NCBI RefSeq assembly: GCF_016026235.1
Contig: NZ_CP065613.1
Direction: 5' to 3' (one strand)
Length of the DNA stretch: 64,000 nucleotides
DNA from: Escherichia coli
GTDB taxonomy: Bacteria > Pseudomonadota > Gammaproteobacteria > Enterobacterales > Enterobacteriaceae
Part shown: positions 9,217 to 18,136 of the stretch, in pieces
Layout of the letters: every line of letters starts with the position of its first letter
Position numbering within the stretch: the stretch's first letter is position 1
The notes under the pieces: generated by a model
The model's input: the letters and a program-made list of their open reading frames with translations, nothing else
The model's database searches: none
Told to the model about the DNA's origin: nothing
Translations under genes and position numbers: made by a program

Positions 9217-9630
9217 ATGAAATTAGCTATCAGGCTTCAATTACCGCTGGCATTCGCATCAAAGGAGAGGAGCATGGAAATAAAACCAGAAGATGAGTTA
9301 AGCAATATCGTTTTATTTCCGATAAAAGAGGATGACCCTCGTAATCAGGTTAATTTTCTTTATGAGCCATCGGAAAGACCATATTGCCATCACGCCTCTG
9401 TACGGGTTGACGAAAAAGAGCGTCAGGTCCGCTGTAAAATCTGCGGTGCGGTTGTGGAGCCGTTTGACTGGATGCTCTCTGTGGCAAAAAGAGAAACCAG
9501 ACTGGCAGATGATGTAAGGCTATTGCGCCAGGAGGAACAGGAAAGGCGGAGAAATATAGAAAAGCTGATACAGATTGAGCGTAACGCGAAAGCGCGGATA
9601 CGCAGGGCGACAAAATCCAGAACTGAATAA
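9217..9630 (+). CDS. Hypothetical protein with CxxC zinc-ribbon-like motif (alternative start 9274)
   Basis: 137 aa ORF; CHHASVRV...CKICGAV; SD-like aggagg upstream of both candidate starts. Confidence 0.45.
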   Translation: MKLAIRLQLPLAFASKERSMEIKPEDELSNIVLFPIKEDDPRNQVNFLYEPSERPYCHHASVRVDEKERQVRCKICGAVVEPFDWMLSVAKRETRLADDVRLLRQEEQERRRNIEKLIQIERNAKARIRRATKSRTE

Positions 9631-9777
9631 TTAAATTTAGCACTGTTAAAAATTTAATCCTTAACCGGAGGGATTTCTGCACCCTCAAATCATCAGGAGA
9701 CCGCCCGAAAGGGCGGGGAGCAGTCACACATCTGTTTCCGATAGCCCCGTTCTAATGCTACACTCTTTGATATTTTT

Positions 9778-10464
9778 ATGACCCCAATAAACATATTTAT
9801 GACAGTTGCTGATTTCAAACGGCCCAAATTGGAGCTCCCAAACGGGGCAAACAAACTACTACTGCACTCTTGCTGTGCTCCATGTTCCGGTGAGGTGATG
9901 GAGGCGCTTCAGGCCTCGGGAATCGACTACACCATCTTTTTCTACAACCCGAACATTCATCCTCAGAAAGAGTATTTAATTCGTAAGGATGAGAATATTC
10001 GCTTTGCTGAACAACACGGCGTGCCGTTTATTGATGCTGATTACGACACAGACAACTGGTTTGAACGAGCCAAAGGAATGGAATGGGAGCCCGAACGAGG
10101 GATCCGTTGCACCATGTGTTTTGACATGCGTTTTGAGCGGACAGCGCTGTACGCCGCTGAAAATGGTTTCAGTGTGATCAGCAGTTCACTGGGCATTTCA
10201 CGCTGGAAAAATATGCAGCAGGTTAACGACTGTGGGCGGCGAGCCGTCGCGCATTATCCGGGCATGGTGTACTGGGATTATAACTGGCGCAAGCAGGGCG
10301 GCTCGTCCCGTATGATTGAAATCAGCAAGCGCGAAAAATTCTATCAGCAGGAATATTGTGGCTGTGTGTATTCTCTGCGCGATACCAATCTACACCGCAA
10401 ATCTCAGGGACGCCCTCTTATCAAAATTGGTCAACTCCACTACGGTAAAGAAGAGAAGGAGTGA
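9778..10464 (+). CDS. QueH-like (DUF208) epoxyqueuosine-reductase family protein
   Basis: 228 aa; motifs [11 protein letters not shown] and CGC recalled as typical of QueH/DUF208. Confidence 0.65.
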   Translation: MTPINIFMTVADFKRPKLELPNGANKLLLHSCCAPCSGEVMEALQASGIDYTIFFYNPNIHPQKEYLIRKDENIRFAEQHGVPFIDADYDTDNWFERAKGMEWEPERGIRCTMCFDMRFERTALYAAENGFSVISSSLGISRWKNMQQVNDCGRRAVAHYPGMVYWDYNWRKQGGSSRMIEISKREKFYQQEYCGCVYSLRDTNLHRKSQGRPLIKIGQLHYGKEEKE

Positions 10465-10691
10465 TTTTATGGGGCACCTTTCTGATTGATTTCATATTGG
10501 CGAGGTAAGTAGAATGACTGCGGGTGCTTGAGGCTATCTGCTTCAGGCATGAACACCAAAAGGCAGATAGAGAAAAGCCCCAGTTAACATTACGCGTCCG
10601 GCAAGACGCTTAACATTAATCTGAGGCCAATTTCATGCTTTGCACATGTAGGTTAGCCTCTTACATGCCGAAAGGCAAGGAGAAGCAGGCT

Positions 10692-10847
10692 ATGAAGCAG
10701 CAAAAGGCGATGTTAATCGCCCTGATCGTCATCTGTTTAACCGTCATAGTGACGGCACTGGTAACGAGGAAAGACCTCTGTGAGGTACGAATCCGAACCG
10801 GCCAGACGGAGGTCGCTGTCTTCGTAGACTACGAATCCAGGAAGTAA
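10692..10847 (+). CDS. hok: Hok/Gef-family type I toxin
   Basis: 51 aa MKQQKAMLIALIVICLTVIVTALVTRKDLCEVRIRTGQTEVAVF, near-canonical Hok; in-frame upstream extension from 10635 may be mok-like. Confidence 0.8.
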   Translation: MKQQKAMLIALIVICLTVIVTALVTRKDLCEVRIRTGQTEVAVFVDYESRK

Positions 10848-10924
10848 GAGTGACCGGGCGGGGAGCTGATCCCATCCCCGCCCACCTCTGATGTGTCAGG
10901 CATCCTCAACGCACCCGCACTTAA

Positions 10925-10967
10925 CCCGCCCATCGCTGTGATCTCTCAGCGTTTCGGCGGGTTTTTT
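10925..10967 (+). terminator. Intrinsic terminator downstream of hok
   Basis: Nested GC stems (cccgcc...ggcggg) followed by TTTTTT. Confidence 0.45.
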
Positions 10968-11096
10968 GTTGTTTATTTCCGGTGAATTTGATTCGCGCAC
11001 CTTCGCAGATAGAATCGACTCACTTAAGTAGCGCGCAGGGAGAAGAGGGATGGACCCCGAACAGGGGAGAGCTATTTATCTGGAAGGATTCTGAAG

Positions 11097-11384
11097 ATGA
11101 AAATCGAAGAATTGCGTGAAATTTTTAGTGAAAATGGCCTCTATGCTGTGCGCGTTGAGAATGGAGCGATTGTCAGCCATTGCCGCATTAGATGTTTGCA
11201 ATCTCAACAAAGGAAGAGCGGTGCTGTGTTATTTTATTTTTGTAATGGACTTCTGACGGACGGTTTTATTTTGCGTGAGGACGAATTTGTCACATCATTA
11301 CGGGTTTTGAAAGAGATTGGTTTTAAGGCTGGTTTTCTGCTTTTGCTGAAGAATAAACTCATCTACAATCTTGAGCAGGATTGA
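11097..11384 (+). CDS. Hypothetical protein
   Basis: 95 aa ORF. Confidence 0.4.
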   Translation: MKIEELREIFSENGLYAVRVENGAIVSHCRIRCLQSQQRKSGAVLFYFCNGLLTDGFILREDEFVTSLRVLKEIGFKAGFLLLLKNKLIYNLEQD

Positions 11385-11422
11385 ACTCCTGCTGTGTAAC
11401 ACCGTGCCACCGGAGAAAGCCG

Positions 11423-12022
11423 ATGGCACATATACAACTGGTCAAACAAACCTCTTCCGGATTACTTCTCCCGGCGACGCCGGAGAGTTGCGATTTTCTG
11501 CATCAAATCAAAATAGGTGAGTGGATACACGCAGACTTTAAGCGTGTGCGTAACTACGCATTCCACAAGCGTTTTTTCAAACTCCTGCAACTGGGTTTCG
11601 ATTACTGGACTCCGGTCGGTGGGGCGATCACGCCTCGCGAACGAAAACTGGTGTCCGGTTTCGTTGATTACCTGTGTGAATCAGTAGGCCGGGAACATAC
11701 GCCAGCTCTGAGCGAAGCCGCAGAGCAATATCTGAATACAGTTGCGACACGCAGAACCCGTGATACGGCATTGCTAAAGTCGTTTGAGGCTTTCCGCGAG
11801 TGGGTAGCCATTCAGGCCGGATTTTACACCGAGCATTTTTATCCGGACGGTAGCCGTGGGTGTCGGGCGAAATCTATCGCGTTTGCGAATATGGACGAAA
11901 CCGAGTTTCAGCAGGTTTATAAATCTGTACTGAATGTGCTGTGGAACTGGATTCTGTTCCGTAAATTTTCCTCTCCGGAACAAGTCGAAAATGTGGCCGC
12001 GCAGCTGCTGGAGTTTGCGTAA
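11423..12022 (+). CDS. nin-region protein (DUF1367-like, tentative)
   Basis: ORF 11381..12022 with start placed at Met 11423; stop overlaps next start (ATGA-type). Confidence 0.45.
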   Translation: MAHIQLVKQTSSGLLLPATPESCDFLHQIKIGEWIHADFKRVRNYAFHKRFFKLLQLGFDYWTPVGGAITPRERKLVSGFVDYLCESVGREHTPALSEAAEQYLNTVATRRTRDTALLKSFEAFREWVAIQAGFYTEHFYPDGSRGCRAKSIAFANMDETEFQQVYKSVLNVLWNWILFRKFSSPEQVENVAAQLLEFA

Positions 12023-12312
12023 TGGTGGATTTACTTAAAGCGGCGCGGGGGCAGATGTGCACCGTCAGAATTCCTGGCTACTGCAATCACGATCCGGAAA
12101 CGTCTGTGCTGGCGCATTACCGACTGGCGGGAACGTGCGGAACAGCGATAAAGCCACACGATATGCAGGCAGCGATTGCCTGTAGCTCGTGCCACGATTT
12201 AATCGACGGGCGGGTAAAAACCAGCGATTACACCAAAGAAGAATTACGCCTGATGCATGCAGAAGGTGTTTTTCGCACACAAGAAATCTGGAGAAAGGAG
12301 GGATATTTATGA
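12022..12312 (+). CDS. YbcO-like (DUF1364) putative zinc-binding nuclease
   Basis: 96 aa; Cys/His-rich CNHD...CSSCHDLIDG; size/position match lambdoid nin-region YbcO. Confidence 0.55.
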   Translation: MVDLLKAARGQMCTVRIPGYCNHDPETSVLAHYRLAGTCGTAIKPHDMQAAIACSSCHDLIDGRVKTSDYTKEELRLMHAEGVFRTQEIWRKEGYL

Positions 12313-12863
12313 TTTACCCAACGAATACAGGAAAAAGCGGAGAACACCTTCGTCTCACCACGCTGGAAAGTGTCTGGATTCAGGGAAAACTACGTATGTG
12401 GGGGCGCTGGTCGTATATTGGTGGCGGTAAGACGGGGAATATGTTTAACCTGATGTTGACCTCTAAAAAGCTGACAAAAACGGCAATTAACGAGGCGCTC
12501 CGGAGGATGAAAAAAGCAGGTCTGAACAAGTCTGAACTTGAGGCTTTTTTGCGGGATATGATTAACGGTAAGCAAAAGAGCTGGCTGGCGCATTGTACTG
12601 ATGCAGAGGCGTTATGTATTGATCGGGTCATAAGTGAGGTGCTGGCAGAGCATCCAGGATTGATTAGCGTCCTTCGGCAACGGTATGAGGGGCGGGGGAT
12701 GACCAAACGCAAAATGGCTGAACTGCTGAATGATGCACACCCGAAATGGAGTTTAAGAACCTGTGAAAGACGCATTGAGCATTGGCTAAAGGTGGCAGAA
12801 TTTATTTTGTACAAACCAATGGTTATGGCTTTTGGTATAGAGAAAAAAGTTATTGCTTTTTGA
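12309..12863 (+). CDS. Late-gene antiterminator Q-like protein
   Basis: 184 aa from ATG 12309 overlapping previous stop; last early gene before terminator, tRNAs and lysis genes. Confidence 0.55.
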   Translation: MIYPTNTGKSGEHLRLTTLESVWIQGKLRMWGRWSYIGGGKTGNMFNLMLTSKKLTKTAINEALRRMKKAGLNKSELEAFLRDMINGKQKSWLAHCTDAEALCIDRVISEVLAEHPGLISVLRQRYEGRGMTKRKMAELLNDAHPKWSLRTCERRIEHWLKVAEFILYKPMVMAFGIEKKVIAF

Positions 12864-12942
12864 CGTAAAAACTGCTTCAATTCTTGTACGCTTCGCAAAG
12901 CTGTACCGCGAGGCGAATAGCAGACATGGACATTTGAAAGAG

Positions 12943-12965
12943 CCCGCTTTATGCGGGTTTTTTTA
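12943..12965 (+). terminator. Intrinsic terminator after Q-like gene (possible tR')
   Basis: Stem cccgc/gcggg with loop tttat followed by 7 T. Confidence 0.5.
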
Positions 12966-13052
12966 TACCTGAAAAACGGCACAGGACGTTAAACGTGCTG
13001 GTGGTCAGATGAGTTTGCAGATGTGATGACATATGGTTATTATTCTGCCTCC

Positions 13053-13129
13053 GGCCCTTTAGCTCAGTTGGTCAGAGCGAGCGACTCATAATCGCCAGGT
13101 CGCTGGTTCAAGTCCAGCAAGGGCCACCA
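13053..13129 (+). tRNA. tRNA-Ile2 (anticodon CAU; could also be read as Met)
   Basis: Hand-folded cloverleaf; anticodon loop ctCATaa; close to E. coli ileX-type from memory; ends CCA. Confidence 0.8.
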
Positions 13130-13130
13130 A

Positions 13131-13207
13131 CCACCACTAGCTCATCCGGATAGAGCATCAACCTTCTAAGTTGACGGTGCGAGGTTCGAGTCCTCGGTGG
13201 TGGGCCA
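13131..13207 (+). tRNA. tRNA-Arg (anticodon UCU)
   Basis: Acceptor ccaccac/gtggtgg, anticodon loop ctTCTaa, T-arm ggttcgagtcc, 3' GCCA. Confidence 0.75.
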
Positions 13208-13209
13208 GC

Positions 13210-13285
<76 letters not shown>

Positions 13286-13288
13286 TAT

Positions 13289-13363
<75 letters not shown>

Positions 13364-13800
13364 GCGAGATTTGAGACGAAGGTTGTTATTTGCACTGACA
13401 CAATATTGTGTGGGAATGTCTGACTCCTTACCATCTCCTGTTCTGTGATGTTGTTTTGTTGCAGTTCCAGTGCTCTTTTTTCAGCACCAGAATGGTGCAT
13501 TGTCGGTCAGGTTACGTAGTGAACCTCTGGCAGGGGACTGATAATGCATCATTCTGGTGTTGTAAATATCTCTTCGGACAACTTACAAAATATTCTAAGC
13601 AAACCCCGGGAACACACTCTTAACTGCCTTGGCTGGCGGTTTTTTGTACAGTGCTCGGTATGTGTGAGCTGGAAATCAGATTTTGCATGGACTGGAATCA
13701 TGCTGTTATTTAGGGGCGAAGAACTGGCTTTTTCTTCCGCCTTCTCACCAGTAATGATTAGAAAAATAATGAAATGCCCCCTCCGGGGAGGAGGACCGTA

Positions 13801-13866
13801 GAAAAAAGGACCCGCCAGCAAAAACATTGGGGATGAACAGCTTTCGCTACTCAGATTGCTGGCGGG
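13801..13866 (-). terminator. Intrinsic terminator on minus strand
   Basis: 11-bp stem cccgccagcaa/ttgctggcggg; plus-strand gaaaaaagga gives UCCUUUUUUC on the minus transcript. Confidence 0.4.
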
Positions 13867-13976
13867 TAAAGTTCCTCATGAATTAAGAATGCTACGCGAT
13901 CTTTTTTAATGGAAATGAAAATTATTGTCAATTAGACGTGCGTGTTTTTTCATACAATATTGGTAAAGGTGATTCA

Positions 13977-14007
13977 GGCCATCAGAGTTTTGCTGATGGC
14001 CTTTTTT
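13977..14007 (+). terminator. Intrinsic terminator upstream of holin
   Basis: ggccatcag...ctgatggcc hairpin followed by TTTTTT. Confidence 0.5.
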
Positions 14008-14042
14008 CTTTCCGATAGCACAGGTCTGTCGGGGGGCGGGAT

Positions 14043-14258
14043 ATGTATCAGATGGAAAAAATATCAACAGGCATTGCCTACGGCACCTCCGCCGGCAGTG
14101 CCGGCTACTGGTTTTTGCAGTGGTTGGATCAGGTCAGTCCATCACAGTGGGCTGCGATTGGTGTGCTGGGAAGTCTGCTTCTGGGGCTTCTGACTTATCT
14201 GACGAATCTGTATTTCAAAATAAGAGAAGATAAGCGTAAGGCTGCGAGAGGTGAATAA
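14043..14258 (+). CDS. S: Holin (phage-21-type pinholin, dual-start)
   Basis: 71 aa; Met1/Met4 dual-start motif MYQM; resembles S21 pinholin from memory; stop overlaps endolysin start. Confidence 0.8.
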   Translation: MYQMEKISTGIAYGTSAGSAGYWFLQWLDQVSPSQWAAIGVLGSLLLGLLTYLTNLYFKIREDKRKAARGE

Positions 14259-14755
14259 TGTCGCCATCATTACGCAAGGCTGTTGCAGTTGCTATTGGTG
14301 GCGGGGCTGTTGCTATAGCATCTGTGTTAATCACTGGCCCAGGTGGTAACGATGGTCTGGAAGGTGTCAGCTACATACCATACAAAGATATCATTGGTGT
14401 ATGGACTGTATGTCACGGACACACCGGAAAAGACATCATGCCTGGTAAAACGTATACCGAAGCAGAATGCAAAGCTCTCCTGAATAAAGACCTTGCCACT
14501 GTCGCCAGACAAATTAACCCGTACATCAAAGTCGATATACCGGAAACAACGCGCGGCGCTCTTTACTCGTTCGTTTACAACGTGGGCGCTGGCAATTTCA
14601 GAACATCGACGCTTCTTCGCAAAATAAACCAGGGCGATATCAAAGGCGCATGTGACCAGCTACGTCGCTGGACATATGCTGGCGGTAAGCAATGGAAAGG
14701 GCTGATGACCCGTCGTGAGATTGAGCGTGAAGTCTGTTTGTGGGGGCAGCAATGA
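14258..14755 (+). CDS. R: SAR endolysin (lysozyme)
   Basis: 165 aa; Gly/Ala-rich N-terminal SAR segment [20 protein letters not shown] then lysozyme-like domain. Confidence 0.8.
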   Translation: MSPSLRKAVAVAIGGGAVAIASVLITGPGGNDGLEGVSYIPYKDIIGVWTVCHGHTGKDIMPGKTYTEAECKALLNKDLATVARQINPYIKVDIPETTRGALYSFVYNVGAGNFRTSTLLRKINQGDIKGACDQLRRWTYAGGKQWKGLMTRREIEREVCLWGQQ

Positions 14756-15222
14756 GCAGAGTCACCGCGATTATCTCCGCTCTGGTTATCTGCATCATCG
14801 TCTGCCTGTCATGGGCTGTTAATCATTACCGTGATAACGCCATTACCTACAAAGAGCAGCGCGACAAAAACGCAAGAGAACTGAAGCTGGCGAACGCAAC
14901 CATTACTGACATGCAGCAGCGCCAGCGTGCTGCTGATGCACTCGATGCTAAATACACGAAGGAGTTAGCCAATGCGAAAGCTGAAAATGATGCTCTTCGG
15001 CGCAAGCTTGATAATGGTGGTTGGGTGCTCGTCAAAGGAAAATGCCCTGTGCCATCCTCAGCCGAAACCTCCAGCGCCTCCGGCATGGGCAATGATGCCA
15101 CCGTCGAACTCTCTCCAGTTGCTGGACGAAACGTTCTCGGTATCCGGGACGGAATCATCAGCGACCAGACAGCATTGAGAATGCTTCAGGAGTACATCAG
15201 GATCCAATGCCTTGGGGGGTAG
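14752..15222 (+). CDS. Rz: Rz-like i-spanin
   Basis: N-terminal TM helix then coiled-coil-like region; ATGA overlap with R stop; alternative GTG start 14740. Confidence 0.7.
   Translation: MSRVTAIISALVICIIVCLSWAVNHYRDNAITYKEQRDKNARELKLANATITDMQQRQRAADALDAKYTKELANAKAENDALRRKLDNGGWVLVKGKCPVPSSAETSSASGMGNDATVELSPVAGRNVLGIRDGIISDQTALRMLQEYIRIQCLGG
14972..15178 (+). CDS. Rz1: Rz1-like o-spanin lipoprotein embedded in Rz
   Basis: 68 aa ORF in alternative frame inside Rz; signal peptide with lipobox-like VVGCSS; proline-rich mature part. Confidence 0.7.
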   Translation: MRKLKMMLFGASLIMVVGCSSKENALCHPQPKPPAPPAWAMMPPSNSLQLLDETFSVSGTESSATRQH

Positions 15223-15310
15223 CGGTAATTTTACTCATTATCCTTCAAATCAGATTCTGTTGTCAGAGGAATGGGGGAAGCTGGATTCGCAAGAGCTTTT
15301 TATGGGCAGT

Positions 15311-15823
15311 TTAGCTAAAAAAAGGCAACACGAAGCTAAAACTACCAACATAAAGTGCTGACCAGCTAGCAGCTGAAATCAGACTCACTGTATACACTTT
15401 CACTGGATGAAGTTGCAACATTCCTGCCACCAAAGGAGCAATATAACGCAGCACGGCGATAAAGCGCGAAGTGAAAAGTATTGACACAGAGTTATTTTGC
15501 AACTGAAGGCGAACCCGTTCTATTGTATTGGAACGGCTCGATATTATACATGCAAGTTGAGGGATATGCCCAATTATTATACCAAGATGGTAATTAACGA
15601 TAGTACCGCACCATGCGCCACTCATGACCGTGATTCCAGCTTCCCATGGTGAAAGAGTCGTCTTGCTGACTGTAATTACAGTGGCCATCATAATTGATGC
15701 TGGTGGCAATATCGCCGAAATGAGTAAAGTGGATTTTGTGAACGCTATTATAAAAAGAAGCCCCCATAGGCGATATGGATGAAGTACAAAATAGTTCATC
15801 AAAGCATTTATCCACTCCATCAA
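15311..15823 (-). CDS. Polytopic inner-membrane protein (family uncertain)
   Basis: 170 aa with several hydrophobic helices; oppositely oriented between lysis and terminase genes. Confidence 0.45.
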   Translation of the reverse strand: MMEWINALMNYFVLHPYRLWGLLFIIAFTKSTLLISAILPPASIMMATVITVSKTTLSPWEAGITVMSGAWCGTIVNYHLGIIIGHIPQLACIISSRSNTIERVRLQLQNNSVSILFTSRFIAVLRYIAPLVAGMLQLHPVKVYTVSLISAASWSALYVGSFSFVLPFFS

Positions 15824-16017
15824 TGTCTTTCCTTCTGTGAATTTTTCTTTGCTATTTAACCGTGATACGACTTAATTTAGGCTTAAACACCTTACATTTA
15901 CAAGGTACTCCTGTGGGGGGCCCTGCCACGGAGCGTCGCAGGAGTGAGTGATGAGGAAGAATTAAAGCAACCTATTGTGACAGGCAGCGATAACAGTAAA
16001 TCACAGGAAGCATAATC

Positions 16018-16782
16018 ATGGCAAAACCGGACTGGGAGGCCATCGAATCGGCATACCGGGCCGGAGTCCTTAGCCTCCGTGATATAGGCGAGAAATACGG
16101 CGTTACAGAAGGGGCTATCAGGAAGAGGGCCAAAAAGCTTGGTTGGGCACGCAGTGGCGGTACGCAGGTTTGCAAAAATGGTACGCAAAAAAGGAAAGTG
16201 CGTACCAGCAGAAAGCCTGCCATTACTGGCCTTACACAAAAAAGTACGCAACTAAAAACAGAATCTACACCGGATACGAAACCGATACGCGGAATGCGTA
16301 CCGATCCCCCGACTAACCCATTCCAACCCGGTAACCAGCAGGCATTAAAACACGGTGGTTATGCCCGTCGCCTTCTGCTCAAAGATGAGGTGATAGAGGA
16401 CGCTAAAGCGTTGACGCTCGAGGACGAATTATTTCGCCTTCGTGCTAACAACCTTGTCGCTGCAGAGAATATTGGCCGGTGGTTGGTGTCGCTGGAAGAT
16501 GCTAATGGGGACCAGGAAAGGAAGATGCTGATTGAAAATATCAGCGCCGCCGAGAAAGCAATGATGCGCAATACAGTTCGTATTGAGTCCATCGTTGGCA
16601 CGCTTGCGACGGTAGGAAAAATATTTGCTGATACAGCCTACCGCAAGGCCGCCACTGATAAGGTGTCTCTGGAGGCTGATCGTCTTCGCCGTGATGCAGG
16701 TATTGATGATGGCAATGGAGAGCGTGACCTCAATGACTTCTACTCTGACATCCAAACCGACGCTGAATCCGGCTTTACGTAG
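16018..16782 (+). CDS. Terminase small subunit
   Basis: 254 aa; N-terminal HTH-like segment; immediately upstream of large terminase. Confidence 0.65.
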   Translation: MAKPDWEAIESAYRAGVLSLRDIGEKYGVTEGAIRKRAKKLGWARSGGTQVCKNGTQKRKVRTSRKPAITGLTQKSTQLKTESTPDTKPIRGMRTDPPTNPFQPGNQQALKHGGYARRLLLKDEVIEDAKALTLEDELFRLRANNLVAAENIGRWLVSLEDANGDQERKMLIENISAAEKAMMRNTVRIESIVGTLATVGKIFADTAYRKAATDKVSLEADRLRRDAGIDDGNGERDLNDFYSDIQTDAESGFT

Positions 16783-18136
16783 TTTCTGGACTATGCGGGC
16801 ACGTAACAAAGTGCTTTATGGTGGTCGGTCATCGTCAAAATCATGGGATGCCGCTGGCATTGCCATATTTCTGTCGAATAAATACACCCTGCGTTTTTGT
16901 TGTGCCCGTCAGATCCAGAATAAAATCGAAGAGTCGGTGTATACCCTGCTCAAAATTCAGATAGACAGGTTTGGTCTGCGGCACCGTTTCCGTATTCTGA
17001 ACAACAAAATCATAAACCGGGTTACTGGCTCGGAATTTGTTTTTTATGGATTATGGCGCAACATCGAAGAAATTAAGTCACTGGAGGGGATCGATGTGTT
17101 GTGGCTGGAAGAAGCCCACGCACTGACGGAATACCAGTGGAAAATTCTGGAGCCAACGATCCGTAAAGAGGGTTCGGAATGCTGGTTCATATTCAACCCC
17201 GGACTTGTTACTGATTTCGTCTGGCGCAACTTCGTTGTTGATCCGCCCGAAGGCACTCTCATCCGCAAAATTAACTATGACGAAAATCCGTTTCTGTCTG
17301 ACACCATGCTTAAGGTTATCGACGCGGCGCGACGCCGTGATCCGGATGGTTTTAAACATGTGTATGAGGGCGTTCCGGAGTCTGATGATGATGCGGCAAT
17401 CATCAAACTGTCTTGGATAGAAGCCGCAGTGGATGCGCACAAAACGTTAAATTTCGAACCCAGTGGAAGAAAGCGTATTGGCTTTGACGTGGCTGACAGT
17501 GGTACAGATAAGTGCGCTAACGTTTACCGTCACGGATCCGTTGTTTTCTGGGCCGACGAATGGAAGGCCAAAGAAGATGAATTACTGAAGAGCTGCCAGC
17601 GTACTTATCAGGCGGCGCTGGAGCGTGAAGCAGATATTGTTTACGACTCTATCGGTGTTGGTGCGTCTGCCGGTGCTAAATTCTCTGAAATTAACGCTGA
17701 CCGGAAGAGCGAGAACGCATACGCGCGACGTGTGAATTACCAGAGGTTTAACGCCGGTGCTGGTGTGCATGAGCCAGATGACGAGTACAACGGCATCCCC
17801 AACAAAGACTTTTTCGCAAATCTTAAGGCTCAGGCATGGTGGCTGGTGGCTGACCGTTTCAGAAATACGTTTAACGCCATTAACAACGGAGAACAGTATC
17901 CTGTGGATGAGCTGATCAGCATAGATTCTCGTTGTCCGTTGCTTGAAAAGCTGAAACTGGAACTGACAACACCTCATCGTGATTTCGACCGTAACGGACG
18001 TGTGATGGTCGAAAGTAAAAAAGCCCTCGCAAAACGCGAGATACCGTCACCAAACGTTGCTGATGCATTCATTATGGCCTTCGCGCCAATCGATACATCG
18101 CTGGATATCTGGGAACAGCTGGGGAGACAGGCCTGA
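16733..18136 (+). CDS. Terminase large subunit
   Basis: ORF 16625..18136 with ATPase motif LYGGRSSSKSW and nuclease-like C-terminal domain; start ambiguous (16715/16733/16793). Confidence 0.8.
   Translation: MTSTLTSKPTLNPALRSFWTMRARNKVLYGGRSSSKSWDAAGIAIFLSNKYTLRFCCARQIQNKIEESVYTLLKIQIDRFGLRHRFRILNNKIINRVTGSEFVFYGLWRNIEEIKSLEGIDVLWLEEAHALTEYQWKILEPTIRKEGSECWFIFNPGLVTDFVWRNFVVDPPEGTLIRKINYDENPFLSDTMLKVIDAARRRDPDGFKHVYEGVPESDDDAAIIKLSWIEAAVDAHKTLNFEPSGRKRIGFDVADSGTDKCANVYRHGSVVFWADEWKAKEDELLKSCQRTYQAALEREADIVYDSIGVGASAGAKFSEINADRKSENAYARRVNYQRFNAGAGVHEPDDEYNGIPNKDFFANLKAQAWWLVADRFRNTFNAINNGEQYPVDELISIDSRCPLLEKLKLELTTPHRDFDRNGRVMVESKKALAKREIPSPNVADAFIMAFAPIDTSLDIWEQLGRQA

Noticed and set aside
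12189-12308. Longer 224-aa form of the Q-like ORF starting at 12189
   Set aside because: That start would overlap the preceding DUF1364-like gene by ~120 bp; the ATG at 12309 overlapping the upstream stop is a more plausible start.
13400-14042. Possible Shiga-toxin (stxAB) genes in the Q–tRNA–lysis interval
   Set aside because: No ORF of suitable size or signal-peptide-bearing A/B subunit pair is present; only short, low-quality ORFs on both strands.
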